Shown one piece after another: positions 41,201 to 52,477 of a DNA stretch of 64,000 bases (the stretch's first letter is position 1; the number at the start of each line of letters is the position of its first letter). A model generated the notes under the pieces. That model saw only the letters and a list, made by a program, of their open reading frames with translations, made no database searches and was not told where the DNA came from. The stretch is from Yuukianura sp. NJ FZ-2021 (taxonomy: Eukaryota), in assembly GCA_046563655.1 (NCBI GenBank), contig CM102285.1:10292001-10356000 (forward strand), written 5' to 3'. A program made the translations under genes and the position numbers.

Positions 41201-44200
41201 GGTCCGAAAACAGACAAGCCTCTGCCAGCTCCCAAGAATCCGAATTTACTACAATCCAAGCGCAGCATGTACTACAGCACGAATGATTTGATTCAACGAC
41301 CTTCAAAAACGGCCCAATTCCCAAGTCCAACTTCAAATCCCTTGGAGGCTTCTTCGCGTCCTCAATCCACTTCTGTCGTCCTCATCATTGACACTGGCCA
41401 TTCCGATCTGACCGGTAATTCAATTAAACCAAACCAGAATTCGAACAATGGTTCCTCTCAGCATGACCAAATGACCGGGTCCAAGGTTCAAGCTCTGCCA
41501 CAGTTACCATCATCTACAAGTAGCAACAACATCAAACATCAAAATGAGGCCAACTTGTCGCCAGTTGTGGGTCAGGAGGGGAGACAAGATCAAATCAAAC
41601 GAGATTTGGTTTATGATGATGTGATTGGTAGTCAATTTAACAGTCAACATCGATCACCATCGCACCAACAAAGTCATGAATCTTACCATCAACATCATGT
41701 AAGCACTGGGCCTGCGCAAGCGTCAATTTCACACCTCCAGCGTCAGGTTGAGCAAAAGAGCAACAGTGATGTAGAGTCTGTCCAAAGCGTTTACAGCGAC
41801 ATAGGCATGACAGTTTCTATTAATAGTCAGCAGCAAGAGGATGATGAAATGGCGTACGACGACGCAGTGTCAATGAGCGTTAAAAAGTTTACGCAAAATG
41901 GCACTTCCGAATTGCCGATGCTACGGACTCAGCAGAGTAGTACTAGTAATAGCGACGACTCTAGTGATACGTTAGTTGAAGAGGAGCCATTGTATGACGA
42001 CATTTTAAACGTCGCGAGTCCAGTTCCAGTGGACTCCGACAGTGGAACTGAAACTGATGTGCCACCACCGTTGCCCACTTCTGGACCACCAGTCCACCTC
42101 CTTCCAGAAATTTCCCTTGACCTTCCCCTTATCCCCCTACCAATTCTTCCTGGAGTGGCCAAAGGCGGCAAAGGAAGCATTTCCAAAGGAACTAATCGTC
42201 TCCTAGGAGAAATTATTGAGTTTAGTAAAAAGTTCAGTGGAAGAGGAACTTCTGCTGCTGGAACGTTGCACGAGGAAGGAAGCAATTTTGGTGAAAGTAC
42301 GCTGAAGAAAGCAGGAAGCTTTTCTAGCCTAAATCATTCTAAGACTCCAGATCAAATCATATCCCACCCTCAAGCGACCATTTCTATTCCCATGGAAAGC
42401 ATAATCAACCCACCAACGCCACCACGTCCCACACCACTTTTTCAGCTAAGTCTTCCAGAAGAGCCTTCATCAGCACTTACTACCCAAAATAGTCCCCAGC
42501 AGGATGATTCTATGCTGCTAGATCGAACTAGGACGCTACTCCACGAACTCAATGAAAAACTAGCCAATTTAAATTTTTCACCTGAGGACTACTCGACCTA
42601 CATCTCCAAAGTCATTATTTCTTCTAGTTCAGATTCTTCTGGAGTCGAGGAAGACTATAACTCTGAAAAAAATTACTCACTTTCAAATGATGGTGGTGGA
42701 AGTGGAGCTTCTTCTACTGCTTCGGCTGAAGAAAACTACAAATTATCTAAACTTGTCACCGAAACGATTTCAATGGCTCGTGGGAAATTTCTGGACTCGA
42801 TGAAAATACCTTCATCTTCGGCGGGAGTCGGAAGTGATCGGAATATGGGTCAACGGGTATCGTGTAATCAGCGACCAATATCGATTCACGCTGGAAGTGA
42901 TGGAGATGAACCAATTTATGAAGAAATTAATGATAGCAACAATGCTGTAGCAGTTCTAGGGTCTAACGGAACTAATGGCCACTGTAGCCGTACTGAAATT
43001 CTTAGAAGTTCTTCCCCGATTTACGCTGATGCATTTGATGCCAAGTCAATTTTTGATGGTGCCTCTCGTAATGAAATCTTGTCATTCTTGGAATCAATAA
43101 GAGATCGACTAGCAGCGGCTGATGTGGTAATGCAATTATATTCATAGTCACCCTTAAAAAGGTGAAAGATTGTAATTTTGTTTTGTTTGAAACAGACTGC
43201 CGCTGGAAATCGACAAGCTTCCCTTGACTCCATGAAGAAAACACGAAAGAACGTGGAAATCGAACGAAACGATTCCGGAATCGGATCTGAGTCGACATCT
43301 TCAATTCTAGCGCTTCCGAGCCCTACAGGAGCAGCTTCCCTTCGAATTCTAGCCATTTGTAAAGACTGTAACGATTCTCCAGTAGAAACGAGACGACTTG
43401 CGGGAGATGTCAATCCAGAACCAACCAGCATCTTCTGTCGTTCGTGTTTTCGAAAAAGAAGCGAAAGGAAAGAAATTATTCAAGAAATTTATGAAACCGA
43501 GCTCAAGTACGGTCGAGATCTGCGGATAATTTCAGATGAGTTCTACACGCCTATTCAGACGGCTGGGCTTCTGTCCAAGGACCAATTGGACCAAATCTTC
43601 CTAAATGTGGATCAATTGATTGAAGTCAATGTGATTCTGAGTTCATCTCTCAAGAGTGCAATTACGACGTCCATTCAAGCCTCTTCCCCTGACGAAGATC
43701 TCAATTCCGTCAACGTAGGCAGAATTTTCCTTGACATTGGGGAGAGAATGATGTCGGCCTTTGAGACCTACTGCACTAGACAGGTAAATCAACTTCAATT
43801 AATCCACTTCATAGTTTGTAATTAGTACCCAACTTGCGTAAAACCAAAGTGGTAAAATTTCAGGGTAAGTTTTTACACACGCATAGTCTTAGTCACGAGG
43901 CTCTGAAAGCACCATGCATTAATTTTTAGCGTATTGGAGGAAAAATAAAGTAAAGCAAAAAATTTACGCCAGAGAAAGTAAAACGGAATGCGAAAAGAGA
44001 AAACTAAAAGTGAAAAAAAAGTTAATCAACAATTGGCAAATTTCTCTGAAATTTTTGTCTTAGGTTCAATTTTAGTTTGGATTCAATTTTATATTAGCAT
44101 CAGATGGAGCGTTTTAAAAAATAACTCGAAATCAATAGCTCGATTTGCTTGAACAGTGAAAGATTAATTTCACTTTACATAGGAGATTGGTGGGGGAGGG

Positions 44201-47200
44201 TTACAGAAATATAACCAATAAAATCTTGTCGAAGACTAACATATTTTCTCTTCCGCCAATACAAAGTAAACATTGGATGGTTGTGGCTTTTAGTACACAT
44301 TTTTGGCAAAGTCAATTTCAGTGAAGCCATTACTTATGTAGACAGGACACAACGCGACACACTTAGACGTTGGTGTTCTAGTGCCACTTACGCAAAGAGT
44401 CGCCGGAATTTCCAGTTTATGTTGTTTACGTTTTTTTTTTCTGGGCCAAACGTAGTGCACATAATTTTTGGCTAGGATTTAAAAAAAATGTTTGCTATAA
44501 ATCGGTTTTCGGGTTGGTCTTGCTTCACTGAACCATAATGTACTTTGCGTGCAAAAAATTTTGAATTTTGTATTTGTGTTTTATAACTTTTTAGGCAAGT
44601 GCTGGAGCCCTATTGACACAAATTGAAAAAGAGAAAGAACTTTTGCGAATCTTTCTCCGTGTGTCTCAAATGGAAAATGCTGTTCTGAGAAGAATGAATC
44701 TGCCTGCCTTCCTTATGGTGAGAACTAAACAATTGGTGCTGACTTTTGACTGAATACTACGAGAAAAAATTCAAGTGTTAATTTTTTCGGAATAGGAATC
44801 AAAATTTCAAAAAATGTGCAAATGTAATCTGTTGGTTGACGCTCCTACTCAAAAATATATTTCAAATCTAACCTAACTATTTATGATAATTTTTTAGGTC
44901 GCTATATTTCACTCTAGAATTTGCTTTGTCCACATGAAAGAAAGTGTTTGCTTAGAAATTTCGGAATTTTTAATTTTTGTATTTTTTTTTTAATTTTAAC
45001 TTTTAGGTTCCTGTCCAACGGGTAACTAGGTATCCACTGCTGCTTTCAAGATTGCTGAAAGTAACAGCTCCAGAACATCCTACAAGGGAAGAGCTTGAGT
45101 TAGCGCAGGAAAAGATTGAGCAACATTTGGAACACATGAACAAGGTAACTAATAAGCTGATGTTGTAAGTTTTTAGCTTTAGTTTTTTTGAAAAGCAAAA
45201 ATTCCCCCATTTTTGAATTTTAGACTACACGAGAAGTGGCTAGTGTGAAGTTGTGGAGGCGGATTTCGATTATTAATGGAGCTGGAAGCGGTGGATCAAA
45301 CGGAACTTCTGGCACTGCTCCACTCCATCGTCGTTCCAACGCTGACTTTGATGCTGCCAGTGTTCGTATTCGAAAAGTACGAAAATTCTTTAAAAACAGT
45401 TGAAAAATCCCATGGGACGACAATATGGGAGTCGGTTTTTTAAAAAGCAAAAACGAACAAAGTCGTCTATTTGTTTCCCAGCCGCACTGCATGCTAAAAG
45501 AATCACGCATTTAATTTCAACTTGAATTGTCCTATTTTTTATTACACATGCACACGGCTTTCTGCGTATCACTCGGACTTGAATAGACTTAAGGCTTTAG
45601 TTAGCACAATGACTTAAATTACAAGTAGGTTCAGCTATTTGTGACTAAAAACTAAACAATTTATTTGGTTAACCTTTTGACCTTTGGGTTAGGAAAAATA
45701 AAAAGTGGGAAAATAAAGATCATTTCTGAACAAATCTCATTTTACGCCGACTTTCACCACTGAAACTGAAACGTTAGATGACCTTTTGACCTCACGGGAC
45801 GTGAAACACTCTAACTGACACGCTTTGACACTTGACACCAAAAGGACACTGCAGCAGCACCTAATTCACTACACACCTAACATAATAAGCTTTCTCCTTT
45901 CACTCTTGTTTGTTTTGTGTGACTCCGAATTCAAAGCTTTCTCAAACTTTCTCTTAAAAAAACTTGGCAAAAATGGAACCCTAACTTTCCGTCTTCCACT
46001 TGTTCAGATGGCTTTGGACATCTTAGATTGGGGGTCTCTCAAGGACGTCTCCTGCGTCCTTGAGAGTCAACTGAACATGGTTCAGTGCAACAGTGCCAAA
46101 ACAACACGACACATCTACGGAATTCTTCTAGCACGAGGCAAGGTACGTCGGTTGACATTTTTAAACCATTTTTCAAAAATTCACAAAAGTTTCAAAAAGT
46201 TCAAGGTCAAAAATTTGGAAGTAAAGGTCATTTTCCACACTCGGTTTGAATTTGGTGTAATCGTAACTTTTGGCTCGTGCCATAAATTTTTAGCTGTTCA
46301 AACTGCTGAGTGCTGACACTTTGTTGGAAGAAATACAGAATATCTGTTTGTGACACGATGAAATGAAAAGTTCTTTTTGCAATAGGATTGTTTGGTGTTT
46401 TCTAAAGGAAATTGTCTTTTTGTGTAGGATCTAGAGCGTCTAGCCCTTAGAATGGATCAAGAGATGTTCTTTCCGCCTAAGGATGATGTCGTCAAGGATG
46501 TCAAATTAGTTCTAGTCAGAGCCAAAAACGCTAGATTCAGTCTGCTCAGGGTAAGTGGAGTCGCCCTTCTTTTTAAGAACAGTGTCAAACAAAAGATTCC
46601 CTGTTCAAATTTAGACAAGTACAAATAAACACATTGACGCCTCTGACACAACTTAAGCTCAGTTCAACTGTAAACTTTGAAAAAAAGTTGGATCAAACGA
46701 AACGTCAACCGTCACGCTTATAAAATGGTTGTCACGCCTGTTACTTCTGTCTTAAACTGTTTAAAATTACATTACTTTTTTGAAATTTCTCCAACTTTAG
46801 AATATCACGTTGAGTTCGCTATTTGAGTTGACTATTTGCAGAGCTGAGTCGTTGTTAAGTGTTAAGAGATGTAAAATGCTCACTCCAGCTTCAAATTCCA
46901 TGCGAAACCTCTGAATAATTTTTGTATTTCCCTTGTGGATCGTTTCGTTTCCAACCATGAATGGAACCAACTTGTACAATTCCCATTTTAAAATGGGAAT
47001 TGTCTCGTTTACGGCAGATCCTCCTTCTAAGTATCCCATTCAGATCACTTCATCTAAGCCTATGTTTTTACTATTATCGCAAACAGCTTTTCCTTTTGAT
47101 GAAAATTGAGCCATTGTCGTTCTAATTTCTATCTAGGAACCACTCTGCCTTGCCAAATGTGTAATTTCGAAAGGGGATGCTGAATTCCAGGACTTTATCG

Positions 47201-47516
47201 AAATTAATGAAATTACAACCAAAAACACTTACTTTCTCCAGGTAACTTTCACTTTCACCAAATTCAACTTTTGGAAAGTGGCTCTATCATAATAGTCAAC
47301 GTTTTGTTATCTTGAAATTGGCTGTAAAAACCATTTTGAAATCCCATTGTTTTCATGAATATTGCTGTCACTTTTTGACAATAGGCTTTGGACAAGCAAG
47401 GAACCTGTCTTTGGTTGAAACTCCTACAGTCTCATGCTGTTTGTGTTGGACAATGGAGAAGACGTCGGGGAGCCTTGGCCAACATCATGATGAATGGAAT
47501 GATGCGACATGTCTAA
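35232..47516 (+). CDS. Large Rho guanine nucleotide exchange factor (Dbl-homology + PH-like), ~2360 aa with the 27236 exon. Exons 35232-38166, 40539-43126, 43196-43783, 44595-44717, 45007-45144, 45224-45376, 46008-46142, 46428-46550, 47137-47241, 47385-47516.
   Basis: DH hallmarks ERKEIIQEIYETELKYGRDL, DQIFLNVDQL and FLMVPVQRVTRYPLLLSRLLKVT, then PH-like exons ending WLKLLQSHA...WRRRRGALANIMMNGMMRHV*. Every junction is GT-AG and phase-consistent. Two very large disordered exons (2935 and 2588 nt) precede the DH domain. Confidence 0.9.
45779..45792 (-). promoter_or_regulatory. Perfect nuclear-receptor DR2 element in a RhoGEF intron
   Basis: TGACCT-TT-TGACCT, with an imperfect copy TAACCT-TT-TGACCT at 45670-45683. 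Confidence 0.4.
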
Positions 47517-50500
47517 AATAGCCATGACGTTGGCTTCTGGCGACACATTTCCAGCTACCTCAATTTTCCAGAGTACAGGCGGTGCCAGAAAAACGCAGAA
47601 GTGTTCAGCGTTTTTATTGAAACTGTCAGAGGATCCTGTACCGTTCAGACGCTTTTACTATTTTAAACTTTACCTGCCATTCTAGTATTGTTAGTTGTAA
47701 AATATGCTAGTTTAGAATTTTATACATTAAACTTAACTAACTACTAACATTAAGTTATTCTATGAAATTATTAACGTAACGTAAAGTAACAATTAAAACA
47801 AATGAAACGACATGCTGTCCAGAGATATCCTGAAAACCGATTTTAAGTTTCCTTACATGAAAAAAAAAACTTGTATTTTCCTTAGGTTTTAGCATTATTT
47901 TACAGGAAGCCGTCTGTTTACTTTTGAGTACTTTCTACATCTTCCCAGTTACAAAAGAAACCAGTCTGGTTTTAAGATGCTAAGATTTCGCCTCTAGTCA
48001 GAGTCAAGCAAATTGGCAGCGGCTTCCATAAGGCCACTGCCCCACAATTTTTCACTTGTGCCATATTGTCCACACTAACTTTGAGAATCTGCAGAATACC
48101 AATGAAGTCATCGGACAAAGTCTCCAAGTGAATTCGGAATCAGGAGCTTCTTTTAACAAAAGGTTCTTAAATGAATTTACTCAGAGATGTGTCCGATGTG
48201 TTCAAACTGTTTGCCCTCCTGTGGATGAACATGCTAAATGGATGTCGGGACTTGGAAGTTCAAGGTTTAGTGCAGTTTAAACAGTTTTTGGGGTGTGGCA
48301 AATTGGCTACAATGTCCTCATCCGTCTTCCTAGAAGACAGGAAGAAGGAGGTTCCAGCTTCAAAACATTAACACTTTCCAAACGGAAATCTTAGGGACAA
48401 CCATAAGTCACATGCAAAAACCGATTATGTCAAACAACTAGGCAAAAGGAGTTGCCGACAAATAAAATTTAGCAAACCAAACATAATTTTACGACTAAAA
48501 ACAATTAAATTCTTCCCGTTTTCGGCAATTTTACGTCTCCAATTTCCAAGTTAAAATTGGAAATTTCACAATTTCAGTTTAACAGTTTTAAATTCAAAGA
48601 TTCGACCAAACTAACTCAGAATTTCTGCATAACTAAAAACTAACCAGAATTTTACCATGCAAAACCTCTCTTCCTGATCAGCGAAAATAGATAAGAAAAA
48701 TCAGAGAATTTAGTATGGAAGAGAGATTAGTTGGTCGTTCAATTTGAACTTACACGGAGTACAAAATTTGAAAATTTTTTGAAAACGTTCTGTGTGAGAA
48801 GTACTAGTAACAGTTCATTTGCTCAATTCCCGAGTGGAGTGTTTTTCTGTAACAACATTATTACAAGAAATGAAAAATGTTTTAAAAACCGAATGCACCC
48901 GCCTCCTTATTAACCATCAAATTTATTTGTGGGAGGAGACGAAAGACGTTTTTTACCCCAAAATAACTTAGAGCACATACTACTACGTCCATGCCGAATA
49001 TAGGGCAACAGGATCGACTTACAATTTTAGTTAGTAGCCTTCAAGCCTCATTTATTGCTTACGCTAAATTTAGAATTGTGGAGAATTTCAAGAAAATGTT
49101 TACAAAAAACAGTTTTTGGGGGAAAGAAAAGCTGAAGCTAAAAGGTTAAGCGTCAATCAGCGAATTTTATGCTCTGAGTAGTAGTCTTAACAGTTTCAAA
49201 AAAGTTTCATTTTCGAGCCGAGCTTCAGTTCCTTCCTTCATAAAAATTTGGCTCAACCATGAAATTTTTAGTTCAACTTTTTTAAGCTTTCAGACCCCGT
49301 TGTGCTCTGCCACTTTTTATTTTATGTCCTCCGATGACAGTAATCTAGAATAAGGTCACGTTGCAATTTTCGCCAATTTTTCATACCCCGCGACATGGGA
49401 TCCTCATCACCATAAATACTCGTATTAAGGCTTTCTTGTGTCTGGAGGTTCCTTAAAATCCTCTTCCCTCTTGACTTTTTCTGCTCCAGAACCTTCTGCT
49501 CTCTTATTGTAAATCGAGATCTTCCAAATGGAATTGTAGGAAACTGTAGAAGTAAAGAAAAGTGCTTCTGAGGCATCTGCCTCCTCTTCCGTAACTTTAT
49601 AGTACAATTCTTCCAAGGGCCTAGGACGCTGTAAGGGCCCAGAGAAGGAGGCAGAAGGGGCCAGGTACACTTTGAATTGAGTTTGGAATAATGTCAAGAT
49701 GCCTTTTGGCTGGAATGACCCCCTCCTAGGCTCAACCTAAGGTAGGCATAGGGACTAAGGGAAAGAACAAGGTGATCTCGACAAAGGCTTGAAAAGTTCA
49801 CTTTTTCCCTGGAAGATCTCACCCAAGCGGAGAGAAAGGAAAAGGAAGATCACATTCATTCAGAAGGATTCGCAGAGGGCAGGACACCACTACCAACCAC
49901 CACCAGCATCAAACCCACCGGTAAAAACAGATCTCGGGCTGAAAGTCTTTGAAACATTTGCATTCGACACGACCTACGACTAACGTAACCTGGGACACGC
50001 TCCGACGTCTAAAAATAGACGATTTTCTCTTCAGCGTCGTTTCCTGTTCCAGATTCCAGCCTCCGTTGAAACTTTAGCCACGGAAGCGAGTTTTGTGAGT
50101 GAAAGCTACCGAAAAGCGTCAACTTATTCAAAACAATCGCCTTTCAACTAAAAACAAAATTCAACTTTTATCAACAAGCGTATCTGGGCTTAGAACTGGA
50201 TGCTCTCAGAAAGGTAAAAAATTGTTTTACTTGAACTTTGATATAATTATATGAATCGAACAAAATTCGGAATTCAGTACTAACTTTAGGCAAGACGTAG
50301 TTTTCTCTACCCGTTGCTTTCAACAGGAAATATAGACAGCTTTAAAATGTGGCGACTGTAATAGTTGTAACAATTTTGAACTTTATGAATTTTAAATCTT
50401 TTCCTGGTGAATGCACTAATTTAACCGAAAAATGTCGTTGTGTGTTTTATTTTGTTTTAGAAAGTAAATTATTGCTTTTATGGTTGGATAATTTGGAAAG

Positions 50501-52477
50501 TCGTAGGGCTTGAATAGGATTGATCTCAGGAGTAGAATTTGAAATTGACTGGAAAGACAGATGAACTTTCTCTAGAACTTTCCTTTTAAGTGGAGACTGT
50601 TGATGGCTTTGGTTTGTCCTAAATTGAGACACAATTTACTTTCTGTCCACTTTCTCCTTTTTGCCACTTTTGTTTTTCCAAGAACCCGTCCATTCCCTAC
50701 GTTCTGAGAAATTAGAAGTTCCTTTCCACTTCCCCTCCACACTACTTCTAAAATGGCGCGTTTTAATACTTTATCAACTTGATTTCTTCGTCGTAAGGAA
50801 ACTACGAAATGACCTCTCCAACTACCCAATTCATTTTTCATTTCAAAAGAGAAAGTGTTTCTGGACAGGGCAAATGCGAGAACCTAATTCTTCCTTTCTC
50901 TGCTGTCTCTGAAATCTTCCATCTGCTTTCACTTTCACTCCCGCCTACACACCCGTCCCTCAGTCTCTATAAATCTGCTGCTCCCGTCTAAAACAGCAAA
51001 CAACTGCAAAAATAAACTGTAGCGTCTTGTGTATTTTAGATTTTTCTCAATACGAGGATTTTTATAGCCTCTTTTTATTCATTTTTTGTTGAAAGAAGTT
51101 GAGCTAACCAAGTGTCTGTCAATTCAAATCTAAAAAGTTGATACAAAAAGAAGAGGAGCTGCTTCTGAGTCATGGTTGAACAACTCAAATCGAACGTTGT
51201 ACCTCTCTTGACACCTTCTCACCTTTTGACTGGTTACTAACATATTGTATTTCAATTTTGAATTTGATCATGTTTTCAATACTTCAGATGACACGAAGGT
51301 GTTTCTTCGCTTGAAGGACCTTCAATTGAATTGCAAGAGATGAATACAGATGAGGTGCGGCTGGTTCCTTGTGGGGATCCAAACGGCTTACCCCTCACCA
51401 GGCTGAGATAGACCCGCGAACAGTGTCATACTGCATTCAAGAAAATACGAGGTAATGCCATGTAATTCCAGGTAATTACACTTCAGCATAACCGTAAGCA
51501 GTTTGTTGAATTACTTTACTCGTAGGTTGTAATTACAGACAAAATGAAACATTACCTAATGAAAGGAAAGTGATGAACTCGAACAGCTTTTCGTTTTCCC
51601 AAAACGCGTCTGCTCAGAAACTAAAGTCTTCTCAGAACGTCAAAAAGAAAGAAATGCTATTTAGACGTAGACGCATTTTGTAGTACGGGGAAAGTTATGA
51701 GTTGGGTTATGAAATTGTGAATGCATGGAAATCCTTGGTCCACGGGGACTTAAGTAGGCGGAAGTTGGAACTATTCTAGTAGCCAAATGGCTTGAGGGTG
51801 GTGTTGGATCTCAAAAATTATAAATGGTCTCCTATTGAATAAGTAGTGAAGCATTAGTTCATCACTTTGTGCTCAGGAAGTGAAGGTAAGGCTTTTCCCC
51901 TACGCCGCTTCCGGGAACATCTCCAGAGCTCCCGGGAATTACTCCATTCTTCAAAAGATATCCTCTTAGCATTTCACTTTTATTTCTAAAAGTAAATTCA
52001 AAATTTCAATAAATTTTCTGAAAATCTCTCATGCTCCTTGTTCTACATGAACCTTTCACACGTCTGATTTATATTGAGAAAAAAATCCTGAACAATAGGA
52101 CTTTGTTTTAACTAATAAAAAGCAACACTTTTTTAAGAAATTTTGATCTACAGAATTTTGCTAAGTTAGGCAACTATAACTTTGTGCACAAAGTACGTTT
52201 GCGAAAATGGTTAACATTAGGCTCGTTTAACGTTATGTTATGGTGAAAGTGGTGAAAGGAAAGAAGTTATGAGTAGAATAATAAATGGACTTCTGATATC
52301 AGGAATTATGACCACAACATTTCATTTTTCTCTTCTTTTTTTTTCTGTTTGTTCTTCAGATTTTCCAAGTTTTGGATCCTCCTGGATGAAGGGCTTTGGT
52401 TAGTCTGGAAGTGTGTAGACGTTCGGCATTACTTCAACCTGGAAAGCCAAAAAGTTCCGTCTGCCAAAGGACTAACC

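Noticed and set aside
43178..43195. Shared TTGTTTTGTTTGAAA between the Kunitz and RhoGEF acceptors (both ORFs begin MFCLK)
   Set aside because: Low-complexity pyrimidine-tract sequence, intronic in both cases.
35744..43431. Many antisense or alternate-frame ORFs over the RhoGEF exons
   Set aside because: Shadow ORFs of long Ser/Pro-rich coding sequence.
49322..49983. Overlapping short ORFs in a GC-richer patch
   Set aside because: No recognisable protein or transposon motif; more likely promoter-proximal sequence of Mp.
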